From Laetmonice hystrix (taxonomy: Eukaryota): 64,000 nt of DNA. The stretch is taken from contig OZ249438.1 in NCBI GenBank assembly GCA_965235115.1, positions 31,992,001 through 32,056,000 on the forward strand. The letters are read 5' to 3'. Under the pieces are notes generated by a model. That model did no database searches. It worked only from the letters and a program-made list of their open reading frames with translations, and was not told where the DNA came from. Position 1 is the first letter of the stretch, and each line of letters begins with the position of its first letter. The translations under genes were made by a program, and so were the position numbers. Shown here piece by piece: positions 25,437 through 39,191 of the stretch.

Positions 25437-26790
25437 TCAGAGCTATGGATCTTTACATTCGACCGAATTTCGTGTGTTTTAAGTTATCACGGGCGGTGTA
25501 CCGATAACCCAAGTCTGAACCACTATCAAATGTCTCGTACTATACAGGCTTTACTAAGTAAGGACAAAAAGACGACCTAATCAAGTCTGTCCTTGGCTCA
25601 AAAGATGAAGAGGCCTAATTATAGGCCTATTATGGAAACCCCAAACGTTCCAGTATACTGATATATACTGTCTTATATTTAGCTGGTTCCCGACCAGTCC
25701 GCGCCAGTGCCCTGGGCAGGTTCCACATTCAACGTGGTGACCAGTGGATAACTCTGAGACAAGGTCAAGCCGGACATTGTTATAATTATTTGTTAATTAC
25801 TCCTGCTCGCCTCCTTGTTAGGTGCTAAGTGCGGAATTCCTCAGACGCACCTATTGTCCCCGCTGGAAACCTCATCCCTCCTTGATTGCCTTCACTCATC
25901 CATTTACCCCAGACAGGATTTAATAATGTAAACCATAAAGGCTGCACTGTCTCTCAATCCGTCCAATGACTTGACATTGGCGTCAGCCACTCCTGCCCGT
26001 CCAAACCTTATTTTTAGACATATTTCAATATTTGATGTCAATCTAATGACGTACGTCTAAGAATTCATTGCGGTGTCTGTCTCGTCACAAGCATTATGTA
26101 CGCCGCCCATTCACCTGTCACAGAGCGGGCTGGCCGGACGGGACCTTACCATTCTAACGTCTCTTTAATCAGTCGACACTGACCACATCATCCTCTGCCG
26201 TGACGGCTCCACCACTGCAGGCTTGACGCCACTTGTCTACAGCTCATTGAAGACCGTCTATAATCGTCTATAGCGGCGAGGGTTTCTACATAATGGGCCG
26301 CCCATTCCCTCATCATGACGTACGGTAACCCTTACAGACCGCTCACAATCCCCGGTGGAATTCCTGTTGTTGAGGTAGACAGTGGGGGTAATTACCCCTT
26401 CAGCTACCCTCATCATGGCCGACAATCAGCGTGTAGGGACCCCACGGTGGGGCTCCTGACCCCGTCATGTGGGCGCTCTATTTGTCTCCAGATAACAATC
26501 ACAGTACACCGTCAGATTCCAGCACATGAAGACCACTGCTCATTGTGGTCTTTCTCTATCTAACCATGTCGGACACCGCAATTAAAACCAATTTCACAAT
26601 CAAATCCTCTCCACTGATTGCGAGGCAGGTGTACAAGTCTGCTGTGACGGAACTGTTCAGGTTATATCCAGATAATTATAGCGAAATCGAAAACAGATCA
26701 GAAATCCTGAACTCGAGAAACGTCACCGATTTGTTCCGTGTTAATCAGAGGGATTGGTTCATTCATCTGTTCGCCATCTGAAAGATGGTC

Positions 26791-27307
26791 AAACTTTCCA
26801 GTCATCAGCTACTTCTTACCAACCTTTCCAGTCATCAGCTACCTCTTACCAACCTTTCCAGTGATCTTCTACTTCTTACCAACCTTTCCAGTCATCAGCT
26901 ACTTCTTACCAAACTCTCCAGTCATCAGCTACTTCTTACCAACCTTTCCAGTCATCAGCTACTTCTTACCAACCTTTCCAGTCATCAGCTACTTCTTACC
27001 AACCTTTCCAGTCATCAGCTACCTCTTACCCACCTTCCCACCTTTCCAGTGATCATCTACTTCTTACCAAACTTTCCAGTCATCAGCTACCTCTTACCAA
27101 ACTTTCCAGTCATCAGCTACTTCTTACCAAACTTTCCAGTCATCAGCTACTTCTTACCAAACTTTCCAGTCATCAGCTACCTCTTACCAAACTGTCCAGT
27201 CATCAGCTACTTCTTACCAAACTTTCCAGTCATCAGCTACCTCTTACCAAACTGTCCAGTCATCAGCTACTTCTTACCAAACTCTCCAGTCATCAGCTAC
27301 TTCTTAC
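26791..27307. repeat. 30-bp minisatellite, about 17 copies in two blocks
   Basis: Unit AA(C/A)CTTTCCAGTCATCAGCTAC(T/C)TCTTACC-like; 8-nt insertion at about 27031. Confidence 0.97.
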
Positions 27308-30300
27308 ATGAGTCTACTTCCACCTTAATACTCCCCATCCCTACATGAAAAAACACTTAATATTAATGCTTACTCAAGGTCAACCGTAACTCATTCAAAC
27401 CATTTACTAAGTATCTGGAAAAGAAGAATTATCCTATTCTGCTTATTGTCGCCATTTAACCAGTATGGACTAAACCATAATACATTCTAGGATCCATGGA
27501 TCCCCCCCTGTATCGACCCCCTGTTAATCGGGCCATCTCGATAATTAACTTCCCACGGCCAACCAACGCCCACCTGCAGGACTTCACACCTTCTGGTTAC
27601 GTGCGCAAGAGTTCCCACTCCTAAAACAGGACCTCTCTATAAGTGCCAAGGAGGAGCTTATGCCGGTTTAATGAGCTCAATCTAGGCTAATGGCTTCATT
27701 GTCTTCGGCCCAACCATAGCGCGCACGGACAAAAGCCAGCTTACCAGAAACCCCCTAGGTGTCGCTCCAGGAGCCTCGGCTGAGGCCGGGCAACTGGTGC
27801 CAGGAGACAATGCAGGAATAGCAGGACCACTGAGGGGGATGTGGCAGGCACTGAGGGGGATGCGGCAGGCACGGGGGGGGGGGGGGAGAGGATTTACAGA
27901 TAAAGAGCATGGATCCTTGGTTACCCAACTTACCCTTCTCCCTCCCCCTTCTCGCCGACACTAAATCCCTGTTTAACAATTGTAGGGCCTGTCTAATTAT
28001 TTTACTGGGATTGGCGGATACACAAAATGACGTCATAGGGTACAGTATTCAGTTGGAAGTCTGGGCTGCCTAGAAGGGATCAAGTTTTTTTGTTGACGGG
28101 GTCTAGAAGGAGATGCGGGGGGTCTGTACATTGTGACCGGCCAGACACATTGCATTAACCCTTAGCCTTTGTTTCGCTTGTTTCCCGGTAACGTAATTAC
28201 TACCTGTAGCTGTCAGAGTTGGGGGACTGACGGCCATTAAGGTGTTAGGTCATTACGGCTGGCAGCGTCCCCTTCCAGGCGGTCACAGCCCAGTGTCAGG
28301 CCACAGAACGCTCATCTGGACAGCACCGATTTCCCGGCCCGGCTGGCTACACCAGCGCCACCTGGTGGAGGATCCAGGTTATCCGAAGTTAGGCAATATG
28401 TAGTATTTCGGGATCAAGGTATCCGGGTCAGGGTGGAGGTGGGAGGGCGGGACTGCCCAGGAACGACACGGCAACAGCTGACTGGCTGAGCTATTTATTA
28501 CAGAAGGATGAATCCCGCTCCCTCTTCTGATCTGATCTATGTGTAATAACTCTAGATAAAAGACCAAAGTCCAATCTGGGGACGAGGTTTGTCTGGACGA
28601 GGAAAGCGAACCGAGAACCCAGCACACAAAACAACAAGGGACGCTTCATTAAACTTGATAGCCTTTAAGAAAGTGGTAATTTCGGGATAATGGGCGCTGG
28701 TTCTGCCGGGGTGGGCTGGGGGGCTCGGCGTCACTGGTTCCACTTCACTGCACGTGTGGAAATAAAAACATAATAGTGAGCAATAACTTCCTAATGGTTG
28801 ACATTATAACCTAACCCCTATCCCGGTCATCGTAACAACAGATGGGGGGCTGCAGTAAACTACCCCCCACAAGAATAACACAACACTCACTAAATTAAAA
28901 TGCAAATTTACCCCCTGCCTTTCCTTCCACCCATAGTATTTGCATATTGCTTTCAGGTAGGTCACCCACTCCAAGGACACTGGTTTTATTTAGCTCACCA
29001 ATTGTTCGAGTTTTGTCGATTTGGAACAAGTGTTGGTCTGACATAACACTCTATCTTTGGCTTGTTTTTACCTAGAATGACATAACGTGCACTTTAGTAT
29101 TGTGTACTTTCCAATACTGATCGACTTACGGGTTATAAGTGAAATGACATAAGCTAAGGTCACGCATGTATCTGGACCTTAAGGAATGATTTTTGATTTG
29201 ATCTATTAACAGGAAGCGAGCGTGGAGGCGGGAGGTTATACCATGGCTGTTGACGATGGCAGATTCCTTGGTGAGTTCTGAAGTGGGACGATGAGGAGCA
29301 GCAGCAGGACTTTGTGTTGAGAAACTATATCTCACACTGGAACACTCTGAGAGGCAAGGGACTTCATGTCCTGGCCGGGGTAGGCCATTCTTTCAGACCC
29401 CACATTACACCTAACATAATACATCACATGGCAAAAATACAAGTGTGTGTCTGTATCAGGACCGGGGGGGGGGGGGGAATCTATAATCAAGTTTTATATG
29501 AATATGATTTATATGAATTTATATGAATATTTATATGAATCTATTCCATCCCTACATTTTCCATCCCCACAAAAAGGAACAGCCTCGAAGTCTTTGAAGG
29601 AGTAGTGATACAGGTTGTCTGCCGCGCCAGTGTTGAAAGTCAGAAGGGGGGGGGGGGGGTTCGAGGTCATGGTGCTGTAAGCCTGAGCTTTTCTTAGCGG
29701 AACAACATTTCCACTTTGTCTGCAGGCATCGTGACTGGCTGCGTGGGGTAGGGAGAGAGGGGCCCTTACCATGCGCTAACTCTGATAGCAATGGGGTGGG
29801 TGGGTGGTCGGTTAACTGTCACCCCCCGGTCTGTGCACCCCCTCCCTACTCCTGCCGCATCAACCCCACATTCCGGACTGGAGACACGTTCCAAAGCCAC
29901 TCCAACCACCGCAGTCATGGTGCCCCAAGTCCCCGGGATCATAGTCCAATATTTGTTTTCCATCTTCTTGTCCAACCACTACTCCACCGAGCAAATCTTG
30001 AATGAGTCTAGCAGTCTGAATACTGATGACACACACTGCGCTATGGGATTACTGCCAGCTTTTTCCTGAACCTGACACAGATAGAAAATACCTGTTGTGA
30101 CTGTTAGAATGTAGTGAGAATCATAAAACCTATGGGTTGTGGCGATATATAAGTTGAATTCTTCATGCTGATATAATTATGGTAGTTCCTCATAAAAGTC
30201 TTTCTAAACTTTTAAAAATTAAAAACCATAAAAAGGACGTTTATGTGATAATTGGAACAAACATCATTACCGACATGTCGTGGCTCACTTACATTGAATG

Positions 30301-31168
30301 TAACATGGATGTTATGACTCAAAGTCACCTGTCCCTCACTAACCCTTCAATTTCTATAGGGGGAGGGACCCGGTAATCCATTTACAATTGGCCTTTGGCG
30401 TGTCAGTATGGCCGGTCGTTCAGCCTGGTGGATCTCGGACGGTAGGAGAGGCCATGCACTGCTGAGCCCCATTTACACGGCTAAGTCCCTAATAGCACCA
30501 CTCTTTTCTGTCCATCAAAACCGTTAAAAAGCCACAGAATTCCAACGTTTCATGTAGAGGCTTTAGAAGTATGAGCCTTTTATGACATTCAAAGGCTGAC
30601 TTTCTGTGCTAACCGTGGCAAACGACAGACTTGCAGTAATCACCTCGGCGGCTTTTCTCTTTCCGTCTCATTTTCTCCCCGTACTGTGGTCATCGCCCCC
30701 TCCCATCCCTCAGTCCAGCGTCAATCTACCCTTCCTGTCATTCACCCCTTCCCCCACCCTGGGCCTCTAGGAGTGCCTGCCTACCCCTCCCCGCGCCCCA
30801 TTCACACACTGTCACCCCGCCGGCCCTCACGACCAATCACCCCCATTCACCCTTTGTTTCCCGGCCTCAATACATTGTACACGCATGCTGGGACTCTTCT
30901 AACAGTTTACACACTAATGGTTCACCTCCACACCACCGTTAATATGGCGGCCCAACTCGGGACCTGAATGAAGGGGTCCGATCATGGATCCAGTACCCCC
31001 CTCCCGACCTAACACCCCCCCCCCCCCGGCCCTCCATGGGGCTCCTCTCAGGATAAGCTCACAAAAGCGGGGTGCAGAGAACCCCTGTAGGGCAAACCTA
31101 GCTGATTGGATCCTCTGACGTAACAAAGCAGGTCCTGAGAGGGGGAGTTGTTCCAGGTGTGCGCTTAC

Positions 31169-31210
31169 CTGGCCCCAGTAGGGGGTGTGGGGGACGGCAT
31201 TCTGGATGGC
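31169..31210 (-). CDS. Candidate 42-nt exon AIQNAVPHTPYWGQ, phase 0-0
   Basis: Donor CAG|gtaagc; 13 of 14 codons end in G/C; pyrimidine tract is poor. Confidence 0.35.
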
Positions 31211-31439
31211 CTGATCACTATCCAACCACCCCCGCCCTAATTCATTCATTCCCCCAACCCCCATTGAAAAGCCTTTTATAACATTACGTCACCCATGGTA
31301 ACATAGAGGGAATACCCATCGTGACACTGTGGTGACACTCTCGGGTGACATCTCAGGTGACGCTATGTGTCACAAGTTACCTTCACGCCTGAACAGAAAA
31401 GCAATCACCGACCTGGTGACACAAATCAGAAAATCATTG

Positions 31440-31889
31440 TTGTGCAATGTGGTACTCCTACATTGTACTTACCATCCACACCACTTGTACAATGTGGTAC
31501 TCCTACATTGTACTTACCATCCACACCACTTGTACAATGTGGTACACTTACATTGTACTTACCATCCACACCACTTGTACAATGTGGTACTCCTACATTG
31601 TACTTACCATCCACACCACTTGTACAATGTGGTACTCCTACATTGTACTTACCATCCAGATCATTTGTACAATGTGGTACTCCTACATTGTACTTACCAT
31701 CCACACCACTTGTACAATGTGGTACTCCTACATTGTACTTACCATCCACATCACATGTACAATGTGGTACTCCTACATTGTACTTACCATCCACATAACT
31801 TGTACAATGTGGTACTCCTACATTGTACTTACCATCCACACCACTTGTACAATGTGGTACTCCTACATTCTACTTACCATCCACACCAC
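31440..31889. repeat. 45-bp minisatellite, 10 copies
   Basis: Unit TTGTACAATGTGGTACTCCTACATTGTACTTACCATCCACACCAC. Confidence 0.97.
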
Positions 31890-33758
31890 CTTTTTGCTTC
31901 CAATATCTCATTACCTTTTTTTGTAACCAGTTATTTTGACTAGAACTGAGTTGGCCTGGCACTATCTCTTCACCACGCCCTCACGCCTTCCATTCATTAA
32001 CTCATTGCCATATAAATATTTTCATTACGTTTATAGACGTTTAACCCGGCAAGAAAACAGGCATCATCCCCGTCAAATGTCATCAGAGGACCCCCAACCC
32101 CCAACCTACTAAAGAAAACTAAAGGAATGGAACGCATAGAAATATCGCACCACGGAAGAAAATGACTTGAGCGGCGCCAATATGTGTCAAGTCACCGAGT
32201 TCCTGTCACATCTTTTGACCCGGCTCCGACCAGCAGGTTGACTGGCCGCAGAAGGCCATGACACAGTACAAGTAGTATATGGAATGTGCACCACTGACAC
32301 ATTGGTGTCCGGGCAATAAATCACTCTCAATGACTACCTAAGGATCTGTAGGTTAATTAGGACCCTCTGCCGCCTCCGCTGTTAGGCCGGATCTTTCCTC
32401 CAGCTTTCCTGCACGGAATTTGTACATCATGCATGAGATCTATTCAACAGACTGACATTAGTGAACTCGGTCATCAAACATTTAGACTAACTAATTCTGC
32501 ACTAATTTGAGAACTACTGTGTCGGGTAAGAGTAGATCAGTATAGCTCCCCCTAACGTATAGAACTCGTTCACTATGGGTCACGTTTATTGCTGAAGGAC
32601 TTTACTAGCAGGGCGCTGTTTTTACTACAGTGGCGCCCTCCAGTGTCAATTAGGTAAATCATGGCTGAGTGGCGCTGCAGCGTGTCTGTGTGTAAGACTG
32701 TGCATTGCATATGAATGCATCCATTCAGTGCGAGGATGTGTGTGTATGAAAGAGACGGTTGAGCTGCATTTAAACTGAAAGCTCCCAACAAAGCATGCAC
32801 GTCGCAGTCGCCACGTAGCGAGCACAGATCCCTATTCTGGGTCAAAGATCGTCGCGCTAACGTCAGTCTCCTGCGGCAATTTCTTTACTCGAGGCGACAT
32901 GAAAGAAGGTAGCACGCAGTCATGGCAACGAGTGGCAAGGACTGGCGCGATGAATGGCCACTTCTGACAGCACTCTCGAGGACTTTACAGCTGCGATTGT
33001 TTTCCCCGCTGAACTGACCCCGTTTCGTGTTTTGGCCAGGTTCCACGCGTCATGCTCCAGTTCGCGTGAAAGGCCTTGTGGTCACAAGTAGCCACGCTTT
33101 CATGCACGTCGTAAATATACACGAAAGTGGTGGCATTAACGCATAGTCTGATCAGAACTCCTTATGTGTGTGTATCAGGGGCGGAGGGCCCATCATGGCG
33201 ACCCCCGGCCACGCATGGCTGACCAACCGTGACCACCGCCACAGGTGTGCTTTAAATGGCATCCACTCTGTGCCTAGAAATATGACCCGCATGCCGACAC
33301 AGGTGCGGGGGGCGGGGGTGGTAGGGGGCTGCGTACCATGACAAGACCCCATCATCCCAGCGCGCCTGACTATGGCCTGCTCCCCAATGTCATCAACCCC
33401 TAGAACTACCTCCCAACTCACATCATAATGCCAACAACAATTCTCAACGTCCCACACTCACTGTGAAAATCACCTCCTTCTTTAATGACCACTTCACGAA
33501 AATGTGACCAATTTTAGCATATCAGCACAGTTTTCTTTTCTTTCCTTTTCTTTTTCTCCTGACAGGCCGTAGTTAGCCCTACACGTTGATTAGATCACGA
33601 AATGACATGATTACCAATTAACGGCCTCTTTTGGTTCTTCAACAAAGGTACAACATACTAGAACCTTAGTTCACTCCTCTCCCCCTCTCCTGGTTCTCCA
33701 AGAACTCAATTCCAAACTTCAATTTCAATCTAACCAGCCCTCTTAATGGACATTATAA

Positions 33759-33974
33759 AGGGTGACCCAAACCCTGGATGAAATATTTCATGATTTATTA
33801 CATAATAAATTTTGGGGAGCAAAGGGAGTACTAATGTCGTAAACGAACGCTCCTATGTGGCAAATGTGTACCCACGTATGTACCTGTGTGTCGAAAAGGG
33901 TTGGAATTAATTATTATGAATAGTAGTTAGAAATACTATGTAAACTCCTATCCTCAATTTTGCTGGGTCACCCT
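33759..33974. mobile_element. 216-bp Kolobok-type non-autonomous element
   Basis: ATAA|AGGGTGACCCA ... TGGGTCACCCT|TTAA: perfect 11-bp TIR with RR...YY ends and a TTAA-like TSD (left copy has 1 mismatch). Confidence 0.7.
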
Positions 33975-36900
33975 TTAACATAATATCAAACTAGAACTTC
34001 TTTTGAATTTTGTTAACGCTCTGCCGCCTCTGAATAATATATATATTATTATTATTATACAAATATGTATTTCTAAACATATGCCCCCCTCATGGTTTGT
34101 TCCCATAAAATTGTGAGGGAATACATGTAAATGCCAATTTGATCCTACGTACGGTTGTCAGTCTGACCTACTCGGATCTGGTTCCACATGCCTGCAACAT
34201 CATTCATTTGAATAGATCCAAGGTGTGCCAACTCATGAATTGTCAACAACTTCCGCTAACTCTAGAGTCCTTGGCGGCGGCAGGTCCGTAGCCCACGGCC
34301 GATTAACTGATCTATTTGGGATTTGTTTACATCACCAAGTTATATTCACACCGTTCCAAGGTTCAGAGGTGTATCCACTTGTAATCTATCTCACCAACAC
34401 ACATCATGAAGCAGCTACTGGACCTCTCAATACACTTTACCTCTGATAACTATTTACCTTATCTTCATTCTATTATAAACACTTTAAACTGTATATAAAT
34501 ATAGAAAATTTACTAAGTTGCCCCCTCCGAAAAAAGACGACATTTTAAATGCTGGATATAACTGCTCGAAAAATCTTGAAGAAATAGATAACAAAAATCC
34601 ATCAGTTAACAATATTGAATGGTTCATTTTATACTTCATGACATATAAGAGGCGGTTGCCTGGGTGGCGAAAGAACAGAAGCCAATCCTCAGTGTGTGTT
34701 ATTTTATTCTCGGATGACAAGAACGACTCAACCGAACCCTCCAAGTCACGCATGGACAGTTTATCAAAGCTGTTTGGAATATTTCGCCTTGTATTCCTGC
34801 TTTGTTTTGAAGAGCAAGAGTTAAGATATTTCATGGGAGAGCGATGAAAGGTTTCCGGGTTTTTTGTTGGGGTCTATTGTGCCTGTTCTGGTCCACTGTT
34901 GCCGCCACGGAATCCATGTGGTGTTGAGGTGTAGTGTTCTGTGAAGACGCTGATTTGTTCTCCGTGTTGAGCGGTCCCGCTCCACCCGCCCTCCCACCCC
35001 ACCTCTAACCCGCCCGCCACACCTGCACCGTCACGCCCTTTCATGTCGCCGCCCCTTTCCCTCTCATCTTCTTCTACCCCAAAATTAGTGCGCCCTACAA
35101 CTATCGCGTCATCTTCCGGGAAAACAACCGCTCCTAAAGTTCAGTTACGCTGAGAACCCGAGCCAGCCCAGCGGCGGCCGTGGGCCCCATGGCAAGGCAT
35201 TGTGTGTGGCTTTTTATCGGAAGAAATGTTAACGAAGGGCCGCGTCCCTCGGCCATAATACCTGCCTGACTACCTGAGCGTGGACTCTCCCTGAAAACCT
35301 CCCCATCTACCTGCCTCCAGCACCAGGATCAGCCCCTTTGATGTCATATCATTCTACCGCCATCTGGGGGAGGGGGGGGGGGTGAGGTCCACAAAAAATT
35401 GCCCGCCCCCCCCCCCCGGAAAACGGGGGATCTTTCCCTACAACCACACTTCACCCTTCAATACGTGTTTTTACACCATACTCCATAGCCTATCATTATA
35501 GAGCTAAGTTTTGTTTCGTTTGCTACAAACAAAACTGTGCTGACTTCATCGGTACGACATTTTGCCATTTAGGTTTGAAAGCGCACATTCAGATTTCTGC
35601 CAGAGAAACTAAAGCTGTGGTCGCTGCAAGTTAGGTGTCCTCTCTGCCGAAGGCCTGTTGCTTAAGCACTGAATCAATTGCCATAATACATTATCTATTC
35701 AGGCCATGCTCGGCTGTTTTTGTGTGCTTTCACAATGAGACAACTCATGACATCTGAATCACAGCCGTTAAATATGCATGCTGCTACTTCCTCATAAAAG
35801 TTGCGCTGGCAGGGGTCGAATGTGGCTGAAGTGCGCCCAGCGCTAGGTACGCGGCCGTCCCCCTCAATCAGCTGACCGCCTGTTTATATTACCATAGCGC
35901 CCAGACACCGACTTCCACTATTGTTCCCCGACTGGTTCACCTTCGTGAAATGACCAGCCACTGGTGAATGGGAACGCAGCTCTGGCCAAGCAGTCCCTGA
36001 CAACGGCGCATGAATACATAAATACCCGCTTCACCGCCGCCACTCTCATGGCAGACATGCTAATGGTGTTGGTAATGGTCGGTCGACTTCGGCCACTTCT
36101 ATGCCAGTGACCGTGTATCTAACGATATTATAATTCACCCTTCTCTCTTCAGGTGCGTTTTTTATGGTAACTTAAAGATGAGGTTACCTTGCCATTCCAG
36201 GTACCCGGAACAGGTAATACCTGGCGATGCTAACGTGTAGCGTGCAAATACTCCTGATTCTCCCCTTAAGAATTAATTCAAATGATGCCATGACGAAAGG
36301 TTAAAATTCGTATCTCTCTAGGAATTAGACGCATAGAATACAACTTGTGTTTAATGTATACTGGAGTAGGAGTATTGTTCATGGAACCATTTTTAAGACT
36401 GCAGGCCCGCCTACTGATATGTTGATATGCATGAACACAATACTATATTGTTAAGCGGTCGCACAGCAAGCTTTGGACTGCAATATGGCAGCGGTTTCAG
36501 CTCAGGCATTCAGTATCATGCAAGGTTTTGAAATCGGAGGTCCGTCATTATGTCATCTCTCGCTATAATGACACATAATTCGTCGACAATTGGCTAATTC
36601 TAGGCACGACTCCCTTTGTAGTATCAATTCGGCGCGGCTCATCTCCTGACCTTGTACACGTGGGGCAAGAATGGTTCTTTACGTCTGACATGATGAACAG
36701 CTATCATGTAATTGCATTCTGTACTGCACATATTCAGTCAACAATGCTTCATGCTGATGGTTGGAACTCTCTACGAAGAATTCTAGTACCGCCCGATTCT
36801 TTTTAAGTTTTGTTTTGTTTTTTGGACAACGAAAACAGTTTGCTTTTGTCAATGCTTTTAGCGGGTATCTACAGAACCTGTTTAAGTGAGGCATTGGTAC

Positions 36901-37321
36901 CTGCGCTTTCACAATCCAGTCTCATTTTAGTGCCATTCACAGAGAATTGCCTTTGAAGATACATTGACCCATACTTTAAGTATTTCTAAGTTAAAAGACT
37001 TCATGACTAATTAATGGAATCTTCAGTTACTTTTTTTTCTGCCACAAGTCCTTTTTTAATCATTATCCCTGCGGTATTCTGAGTTACCGAACCGACTAGC
37101 TGTGTCTCTTCTGTATATTTCTGACAAGTAGTTGCATAAAAACTCTACACAAGAAGCCAACAACCTTTTGACATCTGAAGGGCCCCTAGATGTCCCACTG
37201 CTTAGATAACACAAACCTCATTATAGGCGCATACATTATGAGCATAAATTAAATAGACCTTGTTTTCTGAATGAACTTAAAAAGGACCAAGTGGGGGAGT
37301 GCGACGAAAATAGGCACTCAC

Positions 37322-37370
37322 TTCAAATAGCCACAGAGGTCCACTGTATGCCCTCGTGATTCTTGTCAGC
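37322..37370 (-). CDS. Candidate 49-nt exon (R)LTRITRAYSGPLWLFE, phase 2 to 0; an alternative frame ends in TGA
   Basis: Acceptor gcatttctatttaaag and consensus donor GAA|gtgagt. Confidence 0.35.
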
Positions 37371-37939
37371 CTTTAAATAGAAATGCCCCAATCCAGTTTA
37401 CGAGGAAAAAACTCAGTTACCATTTTCACTGACGTTATTTATAAGGCCTTAAAGTGTGTCCCATTACTAGTTCAACCAGTGCTTTCCATGAGTAAAACCT
37501 CGCCAAGGTATTCAACTTCAGTATTCTGCATATTCATGCCTTCACGTCGGACCAAATACAGCGACTCCCTCCAGCCTATCACCGGCTCTCAGAGGAAACC
37601 ATTCAGCACACTGCTTCATTTTGACGCTTGTTTGACGAGTCCCGGTAGAATGAAGTGGAAGGCCACCACAGAGTCATTTTGGAGATCACTGCACTCCTCA
37701 AGTTCCAGGGGCATCTGGGAAGGACCGAGAAGACCGTTCGCTCATTTGCGTTCATACTGAACCACGCTGATCCGGGGCAAAAAGTTGTCCCGCCCCGTAA
37801 CCATTTGCAGGGAATTCCCCCCAGAACAGACTCCAGGTGGCGCTGTAGTTTGTCACGTGACAATCGTACGAGAATATATCTGACCGCTTGCAATGCCCCG
37901 TGGTGCTTTTACTCCGGCATGGTTTGCGTTCAGACTGCG

Positions 37940-38075
37940 GTTACCCCGGGTATGGACTTGTTCCGGAGCCGCTAATCCATCCTTCTGGTCGAGGTAACTG
38001 GGCCGCCTATCTGGGCTAAGTTACCCCGGGGCGTTCACATACAGCCCACCACCACTGACCCGGGTATTACCCGGG
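37940..38075. repeat. Cluster of GTTACCCCGGG / CCCGGGTA motifs; probable MITE remnant
   Basis: GTTACCCCGGG at 37940 and 38020; palindrome CCCGGGTA-T-TACCCGGG at 38059-38075. Confidence 0.45.
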
Positions 38076-38687
38076 GGAAACACTTCCAGGTCGATGGTGT
38101 AGTCGGGGGGGGGGGCTTCCACCAGGCTACACGTCCCAACCACATAATGACATCTCCTTCTGCCTGACTCGCTCAACGGGGCCTACCTGGCTCTTTCTTT
38201 AGCTCAGGATTTCTTGGAAGCAGCAAAATAATGACACGTCGGGTGGTTGGGTGATTGTGCAGGCACAGATTTAAAAATATATATCTCGTGCCCTTCTTGC
38301 GTATACGCTGTAATTATACCAGAACGTTTTTTCATCGAAGCATCATCCTACGCGCCACCAGTATACTCTGCTTGTTTTTCTTTTCATGTCTTATCAGGGG
38401 AATGATGGATTTCTCTAGTAGACTATTTGGTCAGAAGGAGAGCGGGGCCCATTTTGTACCGGACACTTTCGATGTGTGAAGCATGCTAATGGTGTTGAGA
38501 TCATACATGTCTGTTCTAAGCAGTCCTTACAAATATTTTCCAATAGGTCATTTAAACTGCTCTGGTATGTATAAATTTCTTCAAAGAAAGAGCAAAATAT
38601 GCATAATATTACAAAAGAGGTCGACATATACTTCGGTGCCGTCCTATAAGCGGAGACTTTTGCTAATGCAGTCAAGAACTTCACATA

Positions 38688-39191
38688 CAATGGGTGAGGT
38701 CAAATATGAGAGTTAACTATACGCCTGGATTATCCAGGTGTTATCTCAGGAAAAAGTGTTAACCTGAACCTTTTACACCGGGCTCCAGTTAACATTTTGA
38801 CAACACCCAGTTAATACTTTGATAAAACTCAGGTAACACTTACCTGACACATCAGTCACACCTGGTCGCCACTCCTACCAGTGGAATAAGGAATAAGCTT
38901 GACTCTGAGTTTTGACCTGTCTCAGGTGTTAACCCACAGGCGGTTAACACTTTAGGTATAGGTTTTCTATGGTAATTCCAAAGACACCTGGGACCTTACT
39001 GAGATTAAGGGGACACCTGAGTTATCTAGGTGTTTACAAGGTGTGTTTTAGGTGTTAACACGTTGTTGAAACAGTGTTAACTCAGTGTTAAGTAAACACC
39101 CAGGACGAGGTCAAATTTTCGATTTATAGAACACTTTCTTAATACCTAGCGTTAACACCCATTTAACTCTTAGATTTGACCTTACCCAATG
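38688..39191. mobile_element. 504-bp MITE with TA TSD (Tc1/mariner-like)
   Basis: TA|CAATGGGTGAGGTCAAATATGAGAGTTAA ... TTAACTCTTAGATTTGACCTTACCCAATG|TA, 29-bp TIR with 4 mismatches. Interior rich in GTTAAC and ACACCTG motifs. Confidence 0.85.

Noticed and set aside
31329-31943. His-rich 204-aa ORF and three overlapping ORFs
   Set aside because: All derive from the 45-bp repeat; there is no independent coding evidence
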